DNA of 63,768 nt from a virus. Lineage: Duplodnaviria > Caudoviricetes. Numbering within the stretch: position 1 is the stretch's first letter; each line of letters begins with the position of its first letter. The notes under the pieces were generated by a model. That model saw nothing but the letters and a program-made list of their open reading frames with translations. It was not told the DNA's origin and searched no databases. The position numbers were made by a program, and so were the translations under genes. Of this stretch, positions 1-10,861 are shown piece after piece. The stretch covers positions 1-63,768 of the IMG/VR virus record IMGVR_UViG_3300036398_002458; one strand, written 5' to 3'.

Positions 1-1
1 T

Positions 2-160
2 TCGTTTGTGCCCTACGCACAATTGACAGAGAATGAGGTTCTGGGCTGGTGCTGGGCAAACGGCGTAGACAAGGCCGCAACCGAAGCCGCCGTTGAGCAA
101 CAAATCCAGAACCAGATCAACCCGCCCGTGGTGACGCCCGCACTTCCCTGGAGCAACTGA
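2..160 (+). CDS. Partial 3' end of tail-associated protein (allele of 63055-63390)
   Basis: Same frame as 63055-63390 but ends PPVVTPALPWSN* (TGA 158-160) instead of PPIVQPPLPWAAPVTA*. Confidence 0.8.
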   Translation, partial: SFVPYAQLTENEVLGWCWANGVDKAATEAAVEQQIQNQINPPVVTPALPWSN

Positions 161-162
161 AC

Positions 163-339
163 ATGACGCAACCCACCAACGATACCCCCATCACGCTGAC
201 CCTTGGCTTGGTCAACGGCATCCTGCAATATCTGGGTACCCGGCCTTACGCTGAAGTGTTCCCTTTAATTCAAGCCATTCAGGAGCAGGCCACGCCGCAG
301 GTGCCGGTGCCTGAAGTTAAAGACGAGCCGGTGCAGTGA
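163..339 (+). CDS. Small hypothetical protein, 58 aa (not in ORF track)
   Basis: Translated by hand: MTQPTNDTPITLTLGLVNGILQYLGTRPYAEVFPLIQAIQEQATPQVPVPEVKDEPVQ*. The allele at 63412-63585 keeps the core with mostly synonymous changes. TGATG coupling to the next gene. Confidence 0.85.
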   Translation: MTQPTNDTPITLTLGLVNGILQYLGTRPYAEVFPLIQAIQEQATPQVPVPEVKDEPVQ

Positions 340-536
340 TGGAAGAGTCGGTCGAAGTGCGCGTAGCGGTGCATGAGGCCGTCTGCGCCCAGAGGTACGA
401 GGCGATTGAAAAGCGCCTTGAAGATGGCAGCAAGCGGATGCGAAACATCGAAGTCTGGCTGTACATCACTCTGGGCGCTGTTCTGCTTGGCCCTGGCGCA
501 ATGGCAGAGGTGGTCAAGAAGTTCTTCGGGCTGTAG
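336..536 (+). CDS. Small membrane protein (coiled coil plus C-terminal TM), holin/XhlA-like
   Basis: HEAVCAQRYEAIEKRLE coil followed by hydrophobic WLYITLGAVLLG; first gene of the lysis-type cluster. Confidence 0.65.
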   Translation: MMEESVEVRVAVHEAVCAQRYEAIEKRLEDGSKRMRNIEVWLYITLGAVLLGPGAMAEVVKKFFGL

Positions 537-1031
537 ATGGAACCGATTACCGGCATTCTCGCGGCAGTATCAGCGGCGAATGCCGCCTTCGGAGCAGTTA
601 AGAAACTCGTCGCTACGGGCCGCGAGATTCAAGATGTTGCCGGTCAGATCGGCAAGTGGTACGGGGCGTTTGGGGACTTCAACCGCCTCGCCACCGAGAA
701 GGCCAACAAGAAGCCCTCGGTCTTCAAGCGGCTGCTGCACGACGACAGCATTGAGAATGAAGCCTTGCAGATCACGATGCACAAGCAGGCGCTGATCAAA
801 CAGGAGTATGAACTGAAGATTCTGATCATCGCTCACTACGGTGAGAACGTGTACAACGAGATGATCATGGAGCGCATCCGGCTGAAGAAGGAGCGCGAGA
901 AGAAGGAGCGTGAGCACCGCCTACGGCAACAGGAGTTCATGCTCAACGCCAAGTACGGCGCAGCAATTGCCTTCGTAGCCGTCGCCCTGATTGGGGTGGG
1001 TTACTACTTACTCGACAAGGTACAGCAATGA
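537..1031 (+). CDS. Hypothetical protein with C-terminal TM helix
   Basis: 164-aa ORF abutting its neighbours; charged coil then YGAAIAFVAVALIGVGYYLL. Confidence 0.8.
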   Translation: MEPITGILAAVSAANAAFGAVKKLVATGREIQDVAGQIGKWYGAFGDFNRLATEKANKKPSVFKRLLHDDSIENEALQITMHKQALIKQEYELKILIIAHYGENVYNEMIMERIRLKKEREKKEREHRLRQQEFMLNAKYGAAIAFVAVALIGVGYYLLDKVQQ

Positions 1032-1504
1032 GTTTCAGGAAGCCGCCGGAAGGCGCAAGCCGTTCAGAGAGGGAGGCCCATGTCAAGGCTCTTGCTGCGG
1101 TTTCTATTAGCCTGCTTGCTCTACTCCTTGCTGTTACAAATTACTTTGCCGGAAGGAACTCCTCTGCAGTTCTCAATGGAACCATAGAGTCCAACAACCT
1201 GTGGGCGTGGTATCAGGCCAAGAACGTCCGGGCGACCATCTACGAGGTCACCAACAACGAGCAGAAGGCCACCAAGCAGCGCGCCGACATGGACGAGATC
1301 ATGGAGAAGGCCCGTGCTGCTGAAGCCAAGCGCGATGCTGCCAAGGCCAAGTCTTCCTACTATTCCTACTCGGGCATGGCGCTGCAACTGGCCATCGTCC
1401 TGTCCTCTGCCGCCATCCTGGCCGTCACCCTGAGCCTGTTCTACGCCTCACTTGGCGTGGGGGCGGTTGGGGTGCTTCTGTTCTTCTTTGCTCTAGGAGC
1501 CTGA
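1028..1504 (+). CDS. DUF4337-like membrane protein
   Basis: N-terminal TM, SNNLWAWYQAKNVR motif, C-terminal ALQLAIVLSSAAIL TM pair. Confidence 0.65.
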   Translation: MSFRKPPEGASRSEREAHVKALAAVSISLLALLLAVTNYFAGRNSSAVLNGTIESNNLWAWYQAKNVRATIYEVTNNEQKATKQRADMDEIMEKARAAEAKRDAAKAKSSYYSYSGMALQLAIVLSSAAILAVTLSLFYASLGVGAVGVLLFFFALGA

Positions 1505-1505
1505 G

Positions 1506-2009
1506 ATGCTGTCGCTTCTTTCCACCCTCGGGGGCTTGCTGCTCTCGGGCCTGCCCAAATTGCTCGAATACTTTCAGAACAAGGCAGATCAAGCCCATGA
1601 ACTGAAGTTGGCTCAGGTTCAGACCGAGCGGGAGTTGCAACTGGCCGCAGCAGGTTTTGCCGCCCAGGCCCGGATGGAGGAGATTCGCACTGAGCAGGTG
1701 GCGATGGAGACTGACGCTCGGATGACCGAGGCGGCTCTGGCGCACGACCAGAAGATCATGGACAAGGCTTCCCGGTGGGTGGTGAACTACACCGGCACCG
1801 TCCGTCCCACGGTTACTTACATCTTCGTCTTCGAGTTGGTGGCCATCAACGCCTTCATGGCGTGGTATCTGTGGAACCACCCGACGCTCATTCAAAGCAT
1901 GGATGACATCATTCTGTACTCTGACCTGATCTTCTCTGCCGACGAGATGGCGATCCTCGGGGGGATCATCGGCTACTGGTTCGGGTCGCGCCAGTGGAGT
2001 AAGAAGTGA
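1506..2009 (+). CDS. Putative holin (GTA 3TM holin-like)
   Basis: ASRWVVNYTGTVRPTVTY and GGIIGYWFGSRQ motifs; directly upstream of the endolysin. Confidence 0.65.
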   Translation: MLSLLSTLGGLLLSGLPKLLEYFQNKADQAHELKLAQVQTERELQLAAAGFAAQARMEEIRTEQVAMETDARMTEAALAHDQKIMDKASRWVVNYTGTVRPTVTYIFVFELVAINAFMAWYLWNHPTLIQSMDDIILYSDLIFSADEMAILGGIIGYWFGSRQWSKK

Positions 2010-2509
2010 AACTGAGCAAGGTGGGCGAGGCTCTCATGCACAAGTATGAGGGCTTTAGAAGTAAACCCTACCTTTGCCCTGCCCACATCTGGACGATTGG
2101 CTACGGCCACGTCCTGTACCAAGAGCAGATTAGGCTCCCGGTCATCCGCAAGGAAGGCTACACCGGGATGCTCCGCAATGAGTTCCCCCTGAAGCCGGAG
2201 GACAGCCGTGTCTGGACTAAGACGGAGATCGACGAACTATTCCGTGATGATGTCGGGACTTTTGAACGTGGTGTTCTTCGACTTGTTCCCGGCGTATCTG
2301 GCCGTCAAGGCTCTTTTGACGCTCTGGTCAGTTTTTCCTTTAATGCAGGGCTAGGCAATCTTCAGCGCAGTCAGATCAGGATGCGGGCCAACCGGGATGA
2401 CTGGAGCGGGGCGGCAGACGCCTTCCGCCAGTGGACTATGGGTGGTGGCAAAGTCCTGCCCGGTCTGGTTAAACGCAGGGAAGCCGAGATTGCCCTTTTC
2501 CTGTCTTGA
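2006..2509 (+). CDS. Endolysin, GH24 phage lysozyme
   Basis: EG..(Y)LCPAHIWTIGYGH catalytic region, FDALVSFSFNAG, GGKVLPGLVKRREAE. Confidence 0.93.
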   Translation: MKLSKVGEALMHKYEGFRSKPYLCPAHIWTIGYGHVLYQEQIRLPVIRKEGYTGMLRNEFPLKPEDSRVWTKTEIDELFRDDVGTFERGVLRLVPGVSGRQGSFDALVSFSFNAGLGNLQRSQIRMRANRDDWSGAADAFRQWTMGGGKVLPGLVKRREAEIALFLS

Positions 2510-2524
2510 CGGGAGAATACCGCT

Positions 2525-4405
2525 ATGCCGCTGAAGAAACTCACACTGCGCCCAGGGGTGAACAAAGAGAACACCCGCTACACGTCGGAGAACGGTTGGT
2601 ATGAGTGCGACAAGGTGCGCTTCCGTCAGGGCACTCCAGAGAAGATTGGTGGGTGGACCCGCATCTCTGCCAGTACGTTCCTTGGTGTCTGCCGTTCCCT
2701 GTGGAACTGGGTCACGCTTGCGAACCTGAACCTGATTGCGCTGGGCACCAATCTCAAGTTTTACATCGCCCGTGGGGGCGTTTACTACGACATCACCCCC
2801 ATCCGTGCGACGGTCACGATCAACAACAACCCCTTTGCGCTGACTGCCTCGACCACGGTCACGGTCACGGACACAGCACATGGCTGCGTCACGGGGGACT
2901 TTGTGACCTTCAGCGGCGCCGTTGATATTGGTGGCGTGGGCACCAACGTGACTGCTGCCGTCCTGAACCAAGAGTTTCAGGTCACCGTACTTACGGTTGA
3001 TACCTACACCATTACCATCTCGGTCACTCCCAACGCAACCGCCATCGCCGGTTCCCCCGGAGGCGGAGCGGCAGTAGTTGCTGCCTATCAATTAAACACC
3101 GGATCGGCCACGGCAATTCCTCTTACGGGGTGGGGAGCCGGTGCGTGGAGCGCGGGCACTTGGGGTTTTGGTGGAACCTCCAACACAGCAATCCAGTTAT
3201 GGAGCCAGAAGAACTGGGGCGAGGACTTGGTGTTTGGACCTCGCGGTGGCGGCATGTACTACTGGGACGCCACGACCGGTGTAAACACCCGTGGGGTCGA
3301 TCTCTCTACCTTGTCCGGGGCCAACGGTGTACCGACCAAGCAAAACTTGGTCTTCGTGTCCGACATCAATCGTTTTGTGTTTGCCCTCGGATGCAACGAG
3401 ATTGGATCATCTGTGCTCGACCCCATGCTGATTCGGTGGTCGGATCAGGAGAGTGCAGTTGACTGGACCCCGGCAGCGACCAATCAGGCAGGCAGTCTCC
3501 GTCTTTCTGATGGCAGCGAGATCATTGCAGCCATCCAGGCCCGTCAGGAAATCGTAGTCTTCACGGACTCTGCTGTTTACTCCTTGCAGTATCTCGGCGC
3601 ACCAGAGGTTTGGGGTGCTCAGACCCTGGGCAGCAACATCTCGATCCTCAGTCCGAATGCCTTGGCCATCGGTTCCGGTGTGATCTACTGGATGGGGGTG
3701 GACAAGTTCTACGCCTACGACGGTCGTATTCAGACTTTGCCAAGTGACCTGCGTCGTCATGTGTTTGGAGACTTCAATCAGTCTCAGGCGGCTCAGGTCT
3801 TTGCCGGAACGAACGAAGGTTTCAATGAGGTCTGGTGGTTCTACTGCTCGGCCAACTCTATGGAAATCGACAGGTACGTTGTCTTCAACTACCTTGAGAA
3901 GATTTGGTACTACGGCACGATGGCCAGGACGGCATGGCTTGACTCCGGCTTGCAAGACTACCCAATCGCCGCGACGTACCTGGGCAACATCGTAGAGCAC
4001 GAGAACGGCGTCGATGACAACGCCACCGGGACGCCCGCTGCAATCAATGCCTACATTGAATCTGCCGAGTTCGACATTGAAGACGGCCAGAACTTTGGCT
4101 TCATCTGGCGCATGTTGCCGGACGTGACGTTTGTAGGCTCGACGGCCAACAATCCGCAATTAACCATGTCGCTCATTCCCATGAAGGGGGCAGGTTCCGG
4201 GTTTAACAACCCTCAGTCTTTGGGCGGATCAAGCAGTGCAGCGGTCACGCGCACGGCCACAGTGCCGATTGAGCAGTTCACCAACATCGTTTACATCCGG
4301 GTTCGTGGGCGTCAGTTGATTATGAAGGCTGAGTCGAATGCTCTCGGCGTGACGTGGCAGTTGGGTTCCCCCCGTATCGACGTTCGGATGGATGGTCGCA
4401 GATGA
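2525..4405 (+). CDS. Virion structural protein, probable tail nozzle/stabilisation protein
   Basis: 626 aa, beta-propeller-like composition (IRWSDQE, YWMGVDKFYAYDG); precedes the internal virion protein genes. Confidence 0.65.
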   Translation: MPLKKLTLRPGVNKENTRYTSENGWYECDKVRFRQGTPEKIGGWTRISASTFLGVCRSLWNWVTLANLNLIALGTNLKFYIARGGVYYDITPIRATVTINNNPFALTASTTVTVTDTAHGCVTGDFVTFSGAVDIGGVGTNVTAAVLNQEFQVTVLTVDTYTITISVTPNATAIAGSPGGGAAVVAAYQLNTGSATAIPLTGWGAGAWSAGTWGFGGTSNTAIQLWSQKNWGEDLVFGPRGGGMYYWDATTGVNTRGVDLSTLSGANGVPTKQNLVFVSDINRFVFALGCNEIGSSVLDPMLIRWSDQESAVDWTPAATNQAGSLRLSDGSEIIAAIQARQEIVVFTDSAVYSLQYLGAPEVWGAQTLGSNISILSPNALAIGSGVIYWMGVDKFYAYDGRIQTLPSDLRRHVFGDFNQSQAAQVFAGTNEGFNEVWWFYCSANSMEIDRYVVFNYLEKIWYYGTMARTAWLDSGLQDYPIAATYLGNIVEHENGVDDNATGTPAAINAYIESAEFDIEDGQNFGFIWRMLPDVTFVGSTANNPQLTMSLIPMKGAGSGFNNPQSLGGSSSAAVTRTATVPIEQFTNIVYIRVRGRQLIMKAESNALGVTWQLGSPRIDVRMDGRR

Positions 4406-5775
4406 CACTGCTTGTCGAAAATGTCACCGTACCTGCGCCGCCCAATCTTCCCCTGGCACCAGGGGATTACGACTCTCGGTATCAGGAGCAGTTCAACAAC
4501 GTCCTGCGTCTGTACTTCAACCGTTTGGACGCAATACTGAGGGGCATCGTGGCAACCACATCACCCATCCCAATCTCCATCGGCGGCACCAACACGGATG
4601 CCTTCGGGCGCCTGCGCGTCAGTCAGCCCTACACGCTCTTCGACAGCCAGAACCGATACGCCGCAGACAACCAATTTGATGTAGCCACGACCGGCACGGG
4701 TTCAACCACATACCTGCCCAACGAAGCGGCAGTGAAGATGGAAGTGACCGCAGGTGGTGTGGGCACCGTCGTTCGGCAGACCTATCGCTCATTCCCCTAT
4801 CAGCCGGGTAAGGGGTTGTTGGTGCTTGCCACCTTTGTGATGGACAGCAACCAGAGCCTGAACCTCACGCAGCGGGTGGGCTACTTCAACGACAGCAACG
4901 GAGTGTTCTTTCAGCGCGTGGACGGCGTTTCCTCATTTGTTCTCCGGTCTTCGGTCACGGGGACGCCCTCCGATGCCCGCACAGTAAATCAATCGGACTG
5001 GAACGGCGATAAGTTGGATGGCACGGGGGACTCTGGCTACACACTCGACCCGTCCAAGGCTCAGATTTTGTGGATGGACTTTGAGTGGCTCGGCGTCGGA
5101 TCAGTCCGGTGCGGCTTCATCATCAATGGCCAGTACATCGTCTGCCACACATTCAACAACGCCAACAACATCACCAACGTCTACATGACCACGGCTATCC
5201 TGCCGGTGCGGTATGAGATTAGAACCGCGACTTCTGCGGTGGCGGCTTCGATGAAGTCTATCTGCTCATCCGTAATCTCTGAAGGCGGATATGAGGCAAC
5301 CTCCATCGAGCATGTGGCAAGACGGATAAACGCGACTTCCGGTTCAACCATCACGACTTCGTTCTACCCCATGGTGTCCATACGGTTGGCGTCAACGGCG
5401 CTTGGGGCGGTTGTCGTTCCTTCTTCTCTTAACTTCCTGCCCACAACGGCGGACAACTACGAACTTGCGCTGATTAAAAATCCAACGCTGACCGGACCGT
5501 CGTGGTCTGCCGTGTCTTCGGATGTAAACGTCGAATCTGATATTTCGGCCACCGCCATGACGGGCGGCATCATTGCGTCAAGTTCTTTCACCACGGGCAA
5601 GTCCGGCCCCACGCCGCTTGCTTCTGTGAATTCCTACAACTGGGATTTGCAACTTGGCGCATCTTTGGCGGGCGTGAGCGACATCTACACCTTGGCTGCT
5701 AGAGTGGTGACAACAGGCGGCGCGGGTTCCGGCGGCGGCATCGGGTCGCTTTCCTTCTACGACCTGACGCAATAA
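4402..5775 (+). CDS. Virion structural protein
   Basis: Likely start ATG 4402 (ATGA overlap with upstream stop). [26 protein letters not shown]-terminus, then a [11 protein letters not shown] beta-rich domain. Confidence 0.7.
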   Translation: MTLLVENVTVPAPPNLPLAPGDYDSRYQEQFNNVLRLYFNRLDAILRGIVATTSPIPISIGGTNTDAFGRLRVSQPYTLFDSQNRYAADNQFDVATTGTGSTTYLPNEAAVKMEVTAGGVGTVVRQTYRSFPYQPGKGLLVLATFVMDSNQSLNLTQRVGYFNDSNGVFFQRVDGVSSFVLRSSVTGTPSDARTVNQSDWNGDKLDGTGDSGYTLDPSKAQILWMDFEWLGVGSVRCGFIINGQYIVCHTFNNANNITNVYMTTAILPVRYEIRTATSAVAASMKSICSSVISEGGYEATSIEHVARRINATSGSTITTSFYPMVSIRLASTALGAVVVPSSLNFLPTTADNYELALIKNPTLTGPSWSAVSSDVNVESDISATAMTGGIIASSSFTTGKSGPTPLASVNSYNWDLQLGASLAGVSDIYTLAARVVTTGGAGSGGGIGSLSFYDLTQ

Positions 5776-5779
5776 GATC

Positions 5780-8700
5780 ATGGCGCGACTGTCCACAGAA
5801 GAAGAGTTTGAAACATTCCCGGAAGATGGGGGCGACGTCGCGCCCGCGCCCGCGCCTGCGCCTGCCCCTCCTTTTGATCTCAAGGCGTACATGTACGCGC
5901 TTGACCCCAACGATCATGCGCTTGCTACAAAGCGAGGCCTTGAATATGCAAAACAGCAGGGGTGGTCTCCCGAACGCACCGTAGCGGAGTGGAATAAAGC
6001 CCTTGGCACGTCCTTTACGCTCGCCGACTACTACCGCGTCACCGGTACGCAGCCTACCCCCACACCCACGGCTACACCCACGGCCACGCCCACGGCTACG
6101 CCTACGCCTACGCCCATGGCCACGCCTACGCCCACGGCCACGGTTGTTACTACACCTGAGCCCACGGCTACGGTTGCGCCTACGCCTGAACCTACGCCCA
6201 CGGCAGTAGTTACGCCCACGGCTACGGTTGCGCCTACGCCTGAACCTACGCCCACGGCAGTAGTTACGCCCACGGCTACGCCCACGGCTACGACTACACC
6301 GACGCCCGCTCCCACGCCTGCGCCCGCTACACAGGGCCCCCCGCTGCCCGCATGGGCGCGGAACATGCCAACTACGTACAGCGAAGAAGGTCGTAAGTTG
6401 CCGGACGGAACTTACGTTGGCGACGCTTACGGCTACTTCTTTACCGACTTTCGCGCCGCGTACAACGATACAAGTCCAAGTTACCCGGACGATCTGCGCC
6501 GATTTTTTGCTGCGCAGAAAGTGCAGTCCACGCTTGATACCTACGGGGTCACTGATCCTGAGCAACTGAAGAACTTCAAGATAGCCACGACCCCCAGTGG
6601 CGTCATTGCGATATTCAACCCGGACGGCTCCATCCGGTCCCAACGCTACGACGCACTGCTGGATACACGTGGTGCGGGCTTTGGCGACTTCCTCAAGAGC
6701 GCGGCGTCGATCGCCGTCATGGCGTTCCCGGGCATCGGTACCGCAATCGGCAGCGCACTTACCTCTGCTGCGGGCGTAACGGTAAGCGCCGCCACAAACG
6801 CTTTTATCGGCAGCGTCGTCATGAACACGGCGCTCAGCGGCGGAAATATCAAGGCTGCGGTAACGCAAGCGGTCGCATCAGTTGCCAGTTCGGCAGCGGC
6901 CAACGCCGTTGGAAATGCGGCGGCGGGTTTGTTTGACGGCGAGTTAGGTACTCGGTTCGTTGAGTCTGTCACACGAGATGTGACCCGCGCTGCCATTCTG
7001 GGGCAAGACCTAACGTCAGCGGCTACTGCATCCGTACTGGGCAATGCAACCGAGTTGGCGCTAAGCAAGATTCCCGGCTTTTCGTCTTTGCCGCCCACGG
7101 CTCAGTTGGCAGTGCGGCAGTCGGTGTACACAACGCTTCAGGGTGGCGACATGTCCAACCTGGGGGCATCCATCACCAATGCGGTGACCAATGGAGCGAT
7201 TGCATTTGGCATTTCGCAGATACCGGGCTTCGATCAACTGACCCGGTTCCAACAGCGCGTTGCTACCTCTTTGCTGACTACCGCCATCAAGGGTGGAGAT
7301 CTTTCGGCAGCGGCTATCAATCTGGCCATCAATCAGGTCGGACGTACGCTCTCGTCTGCTTCTTCTAAGACATTCCGTGATGTTGGCAAGAGCGCGGGGT
7401 TCTACGAGTTTGCGGACGGGTCGTACCTAGACGGCGACAAGTATTACGACAAAGGCGGCAATCTTGTCTCTACGGGGCAGACCCGGGAGTCTATAGGTAA
7501 GCCCTTGGCGGGAGAGGCCGAAACCGCCGTCACAACTCCTACCCCCACCGCCACCGAGCAGGTGACGGTCACCACGGCGACGCCGCTCCCCACGGAAGTC
7601 GTTGCACCCACTGCCACGCCTATTCCTACGCCGGTAATTACTCCCGTAGTTACGCCTACGCCTACGCCTACGCCTACGCCTACTCCTACGCCCACTGCCA
7701 CCGAGCAGGTGACGGTCACGGCTACGCCCACGCCAGAGCCCACGGATATTGTGGTTACTCCCACACCGTCTCCGGTTGTCACGCCAGTGATCACGCCGGT
7801 AGTTACTCCCGTAGTTACGCCTACGCCCACCGCTACGGAACAAGTGACGGTCACGGCTACGCCCACGCCAGAGCCTACGGATATTGTGGTTACTCCGGTT
7901 GTTACTCCGGTCGTGACACCCGTGATCACGCCGGTTGTCACCCCCGTAGTTACGCCCACTGCCACCGAGCAGGTGACGGTCACGGCTACGCCTACACCGG
8001 AGCCTACGGATACTGAGGTTATCCCCACACCGTCTCCGGTCGTCACGCCCGTGATCACGCCGGTCGTCACCCCCGTAGTTACGCCCACTGCCACCGAGCA
8101 GGTGACGGTCACGGCTACGCCCACGTCGGAGCCTACGGATACTGAGGTTACTACCACACCGTCTCCGGTTGTCACGCCCGTGATCACGCCGGTCGTCACC
8201 CCGACGCCTACCCCCACGGCTACTCAGACCGTGACGGTTACGACAACGGTTTTGCCAACCGATACGGTTACGCCTACTCCGGTCACGACGCCAACGCAAA
8301 CCGTGACGGTCACGACGCCAACGCCCACGGGAACGCCAACTCAGACCGTTACTGTGACGGCTACAACGCTGCCGACGGACACGCCGACGCCTACCCCGAC
8401 CCCGACCCCGACAGTGGAGCCTACGGTAGAGCCTACGGTGGAACCTACGGTGACGCCTACGGTAGTAACGAACACCCCAACTCAAACCGTAACAGTCACG
8501 GCAACAAAACTGCCGACGGATACGCCTACCCCGACACCCACGCCTACTCCTACTCCTACTCCTACTCCTACTCCTACCCCGACGCCGACGCCGACACCCA
8601 CGCCCACGCCCACGCCCACGCCCACGCCTACCTTCGTAGTACGTCCCAGGACGCCAACGCCAAACTTAACAGTACCTGAGGGCGCAGGGGCGCAAATGAC

Positions 8701-8890
8701 AACCATATCGCCGGTCTATGGGGGCAAATACACCGCAGTCGATCCCTACCGCACTCTGGACGAAATCTTGCAGGGCGGTAAAGGTGACCTTTTTTCTCTC
8801 CTACAAACTAGAATGGCCGAAGGCGGCCACGTAACCAATCAACCCAAGCGGCCCGGTACGTTGGAAGACCTGCTGCGCCTGCTGAAATGA
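5780..8890 (+). CDS. Pro/Thr-rich repeat protein, putative internal virion protein, 1036 aa
   Basis: Long ORF with two PT-repeat tracts flanking an Ala/Gly-rich hydrophobic region; MAEGG near the C-terminus. Confidence 0.8.
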   Translation: MARLSTEEEFETFPEDGGDVAPAPAPAPAPPFDLKAYMYALDPNDHALATKRGLEYAKQQGWSPERTVAEWNKALGTSFTLADYYRVTGTQPTPTPTATPTATPTATPTPTPMATPTPTATVVTTPEPTATVAPTPEPTPTAVVTPTATVAPTPEPTPTAVVTPTATPTATTTPTPAPTPAPATQGPPLPAWARNMPTTYSEEGRKLPDGTYVGDAYGYFFTDFRAAYNDTSPSYPDDLRRFFAAQKVQSTLDTYGVTDPEQLKNFKIATTPSGVIAIFNPDGSIRSQRYDALLDTRGAGFGDFLKSAASIAVMAFPGIGTAIGSALTSAAGVTVSAATNAFIGSVVMNTALSGGNIKAAVTQAVASVASSAAANAVGNAAAGLFDGELGTRFVESVTRDVTRAAILGQDLTSAATASVLGNATELALSKIPGFSSLPPTAQLAVRQSVYTTLQGGDMSNLGASITNAVTNGAIAFGISQIPGFDQLTRFQQRVATSLLTTAIKGGDLSAAAINLAINQVGRTLSSASSKTFRDVGKSAGFYEFADGSYLDGDKYYDKGGNLVSTGQTRESIGKPLAGEAETAVTTPTPTATEQVTVTTATPLPTEVVAPTATPIPTPVITPVVTPTPTPTPTPTPTPTATEQVTVTATPTPEPTDIVVTPTPSPVVTPVITPVVTPVVTPTPTATEQVTVTATPTPEPTDIVVTPVVTPVVTPVITPVVTPVVTPTATEQVTVTATPTPEPTDTEVIPTPSPVVTPVITPVVTPVVTPTATEQVTVTATPTSEPTDTEVTTTPSPVVTPVITPVVTPTPTPTATQTVTVTTTVLPTDTVTPTPVTTPTQTVTVTTPTPTGTPTQTVTVTATTLPTDTPTPTPTPTPTVEPTVEPTVEPTVTPTVVTNTPTQTVTVTATKLPTDTPTPTPTPTPTPTPTPTPTPTPTPTPTPTPTPTPTPTFVVRPRTPTPNLTVPEGAGAQMTTISPVYGGKYTAVDPYRTLDEILQGGKGDLFSLLQTRMAEGGHVTNQPKRPGTLEDLLRLLK
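6050..6330 (+). repeat. In-frame Pro/Thr tandem repeats (ACGCCY/ACGGCY hexamers; duplicated [18 protein letters not shown] unit)
   Basis: Visible directly in the DNA and the translation. Confidence 0.9.
7530..8635 (+). repeat. Hierarchical Pro/Thr/Val repeats: ~40-aa units ([18 protein letters not shown]...VVTP) and (PT)n runs
   Basis: ACYGCCACCGAGCAGGTGACGGTCAC recurs near 7548, 7694, 7958 and 8087; pure PT hexamer runs at ~7652-7693 and ~8522-8632. Confidence 0.9.
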
Positions 8891-8897
8891 GGTCAAT

Positions 8898-10847
8898 ATG
8901 AGCAATCGAGACGATGAAATTGGTGGCGACGACGAAGTTGACTCTTCTTGGGAAGACGAGCCCATTGAACGGATTGCCATCAGCGAAGGCGCCAAAGAGA
9001 TCGTCAACAATGCTCTGCCGGGCCAAAACGGTTACGGTTGGAAATATTACGACAACGGTACGGCCATCAGCCCCGACGGTAAGTATTACTACAAGGGTGA
9101 TCTGGTCTGGAGCCCGGGGGATGCCGAAGGCAACAAGATCTTCAACAGCCTCAAGGGCGCGTTTGTAAACCCCAACGGCAGCATCAACTGGGCCGGGCTT
9201 GCTACCGCAGCGGCGGGTATTTACGGCATGCGAGGCGGAAACGACATCAGGACTGGCGGATACAACGTGCCGGTGCCAAAGATGACGGCCACCCGAGAAG
9301 CCGTGAACATTCAGGACCCCAATCGTCGTCCCGGCCAAGGCGGACTGCGGTACTTCACTGATGTGCAGTACACCCCGAGAGGGGACGAAGCTGCGCTGAC
9401 CGCCGCAAAAGAAGCCTCTGCTGCGCAAGCCGCCGGGCTACGCGCGGCCTATACGCCCACTGCCGCTCCTCCGCCCACAAGCCCCTATGCAGGCACGTTC
9501 AAGATGCCGTGGGAAAAGACTTCCGCTCCCGCGCCCGCCCCAGCCCCTGCTGCCCAGGGCGCATCGAACGTGGCGACTGTTCTCAAACCTGAAGACCGTA
9601 TGCCGGTAGACACGGATAAGAGCCTACCTGCCCAACCAAAACGAGGAGCCGCAACCATGGCTGATGGCGGTATTGCGATGTTGGCTCGTGGAGGTCGTTA
9701 CCTTCAAGGCGCTACGGACGGAATGGCTGACGAGATTCCCAGTTCAATTGACGGCAAGCAAGCTGCGGCCCTGAGCCACGGTGAGTTTGTGATTCCTGCG
9801 GACGTCGTGTCGCACCTGGGTAACGGCAACTCTGATGCAGGTGCCAAGAAGTTGTACGACATGATGGCGCGTGTGCGCAAAGCCCGCACGGGTAACCAGA
9901 AGCAGGGCAAGAAGATCAACCCAGACAAGTTCATGCCCGGCGGCCTTGCAGGCTACGCCGGAGGCGGCGTGGTGGCGTTCCAAGCCGGTGGTGCTGCTGG
10001 TACCGGCGGTACCGGTGGTGCCGCTTCGGGAGTTACCAGTTACGGCACCTCGCAAGCCTCTACTCTGTCTCCGTGGGCCGGTGAGTACGTCACCAATCTA
10101 TTGGGTGAGGCTGAAGCCCTGACCAAGCAGCCGTACCAAGCCTATCAAGGCCCTCTGACGGCGGGCGCGTCCAACTTGCAGCAGCAAGCATTCGCGGGCG
10201 CCGGTGAAATGGCTAAGACGGGCTACACCCCCGGTACGTTCACATCAGGTACGTTTGGTCTGGATGCGGCCAAGCAGTACATGAATCCGTACCTGAGCGC
10301 GGCTTTGGATCCCACATTGGCGGAGATGCGTAGGCAGTCAGACATTGCCCGCTTGGCCGACGCTGCGCGACTGACCAAGGCCGGTGCTTTTGGCGGTAGC
10401 CGTCAGGCCATCATGGAGTCTGAAGGCCGTCGAAACCTGCTTGAAAAACAACGACAGGCCATTGGTGAAGGCTATGCGTCCGCATACGACAAAGCCATGG
10501 CGCAGTTCAATGCCGAGCAAGGTCGCCAGATGGAGGCCCAGAAAGCCGGTGAAGCCTCGCGCCAGTTCAGTGCAGACTTTGGCGCTAAGTCGATTGCAGA
10601 CCTTGCCAAGTTGGGCGCGGAGCAACGCGAGATCGAGCAGCAGGGGCTGACGGCGGAGCGTAAAGCGTTTGAAGAGGAGCGCGCGTATCCGTTCTCCATG
10701 CTGGATTACCGGCGCAAAATGATTGAAGGGCTGCCAATCGGTGCTTCTACCAGTACCCCCAATACAACTGGGCTTAGCCAATTGACGTCCCGTATCAATG
10801 ATCTTGAGTCGTTGTACGAAACTCTCAAGAAACTTATTCCCGGCTGA
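8898..10847 (+). CDS. Putative internal virion/DNA ejection protein, 649 aa
   Basis: GATDGMADEIP..LSHGEFVIPADVV segment, then a Gln/Ala-rich pilot-protein-like region (YMNPYL, GAFGGSRQAI). Confidence 0.7.
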   Translation: MSNRDDEIGGDDEVDSSWEDEPIERIAISEGAKEIVNNALPGQNGYGWKYYDNGTAISPDGKYYYKGDLVWSPGDAEGNKIFNSLKGAFVNPNGSINWAGLATAAAGIYGMRGGNDIRTGGYNVPVPKMTATREAVNIQDPNRRPGQGGLRYFTDVQYTPRGDEAALTAAKEASAAQAAGLRAAYTPTAAPPPTSPYAGTFKMPWEKTSAPAPAPAPAAQGASNVATVLKPEDRMPVDTDKSLPAQPKRGAATMADGGIAMLARGGRYLQGATDGMADEIPSSIDGKQAAALSHGEFVIPADVVSHLGNGNSDAGAKKLYDMMARVRKARTGNQKQGKKINPDKFMPGGLAGYAGGGVVAFQAGGAAGTGGTGGAASGVTSYGTSQASTLSPWAGEYVTNLLGEAEALTKQPYQAYQGPLTAGASNLQQQAFAGAGEMAKTGYTPGTFTSGTFGLDAAKQYMNPYLSAALDPTLAEMRRQSDIARLADAARLTKAGAFGGSRQAIMESEGRRNLLEKQRQAIGEGYASAYDKAMAQFNAEQGRQMEAQKAGEASRQFSADFGAKSIADLAKLGAEQREIEQQGLTAERKAFEEERAYPFSMLDYRRKMIEGLPIGASTSTPNTTGLSQLTSRINDLESLYETLKKLIPG

Positions 10848-10861
10848 TAAGAGGTATAGAC

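Larger units (their letters stand above)
1..522 (+). repeat. Terminal direct repeat, left copy (circular-assembly overlap with 63219-63768)
   Basis: 1-127 is identical to 63219-63345. ~128-329 is a diverged allele of 63346-63575. ~330-522 matches 63576-63768 except one SNP (410 a vs 63656 g). Confidence 0.95.

Noticed and set aside
5699-8706. Long antisense ORFs (Arg-rich 389 and 352 aa; GV-repeat 257 aa)
   Set aside because: These are reverse-frame shadows of the PT repeats, with no RBS and against the direction of the late operon.
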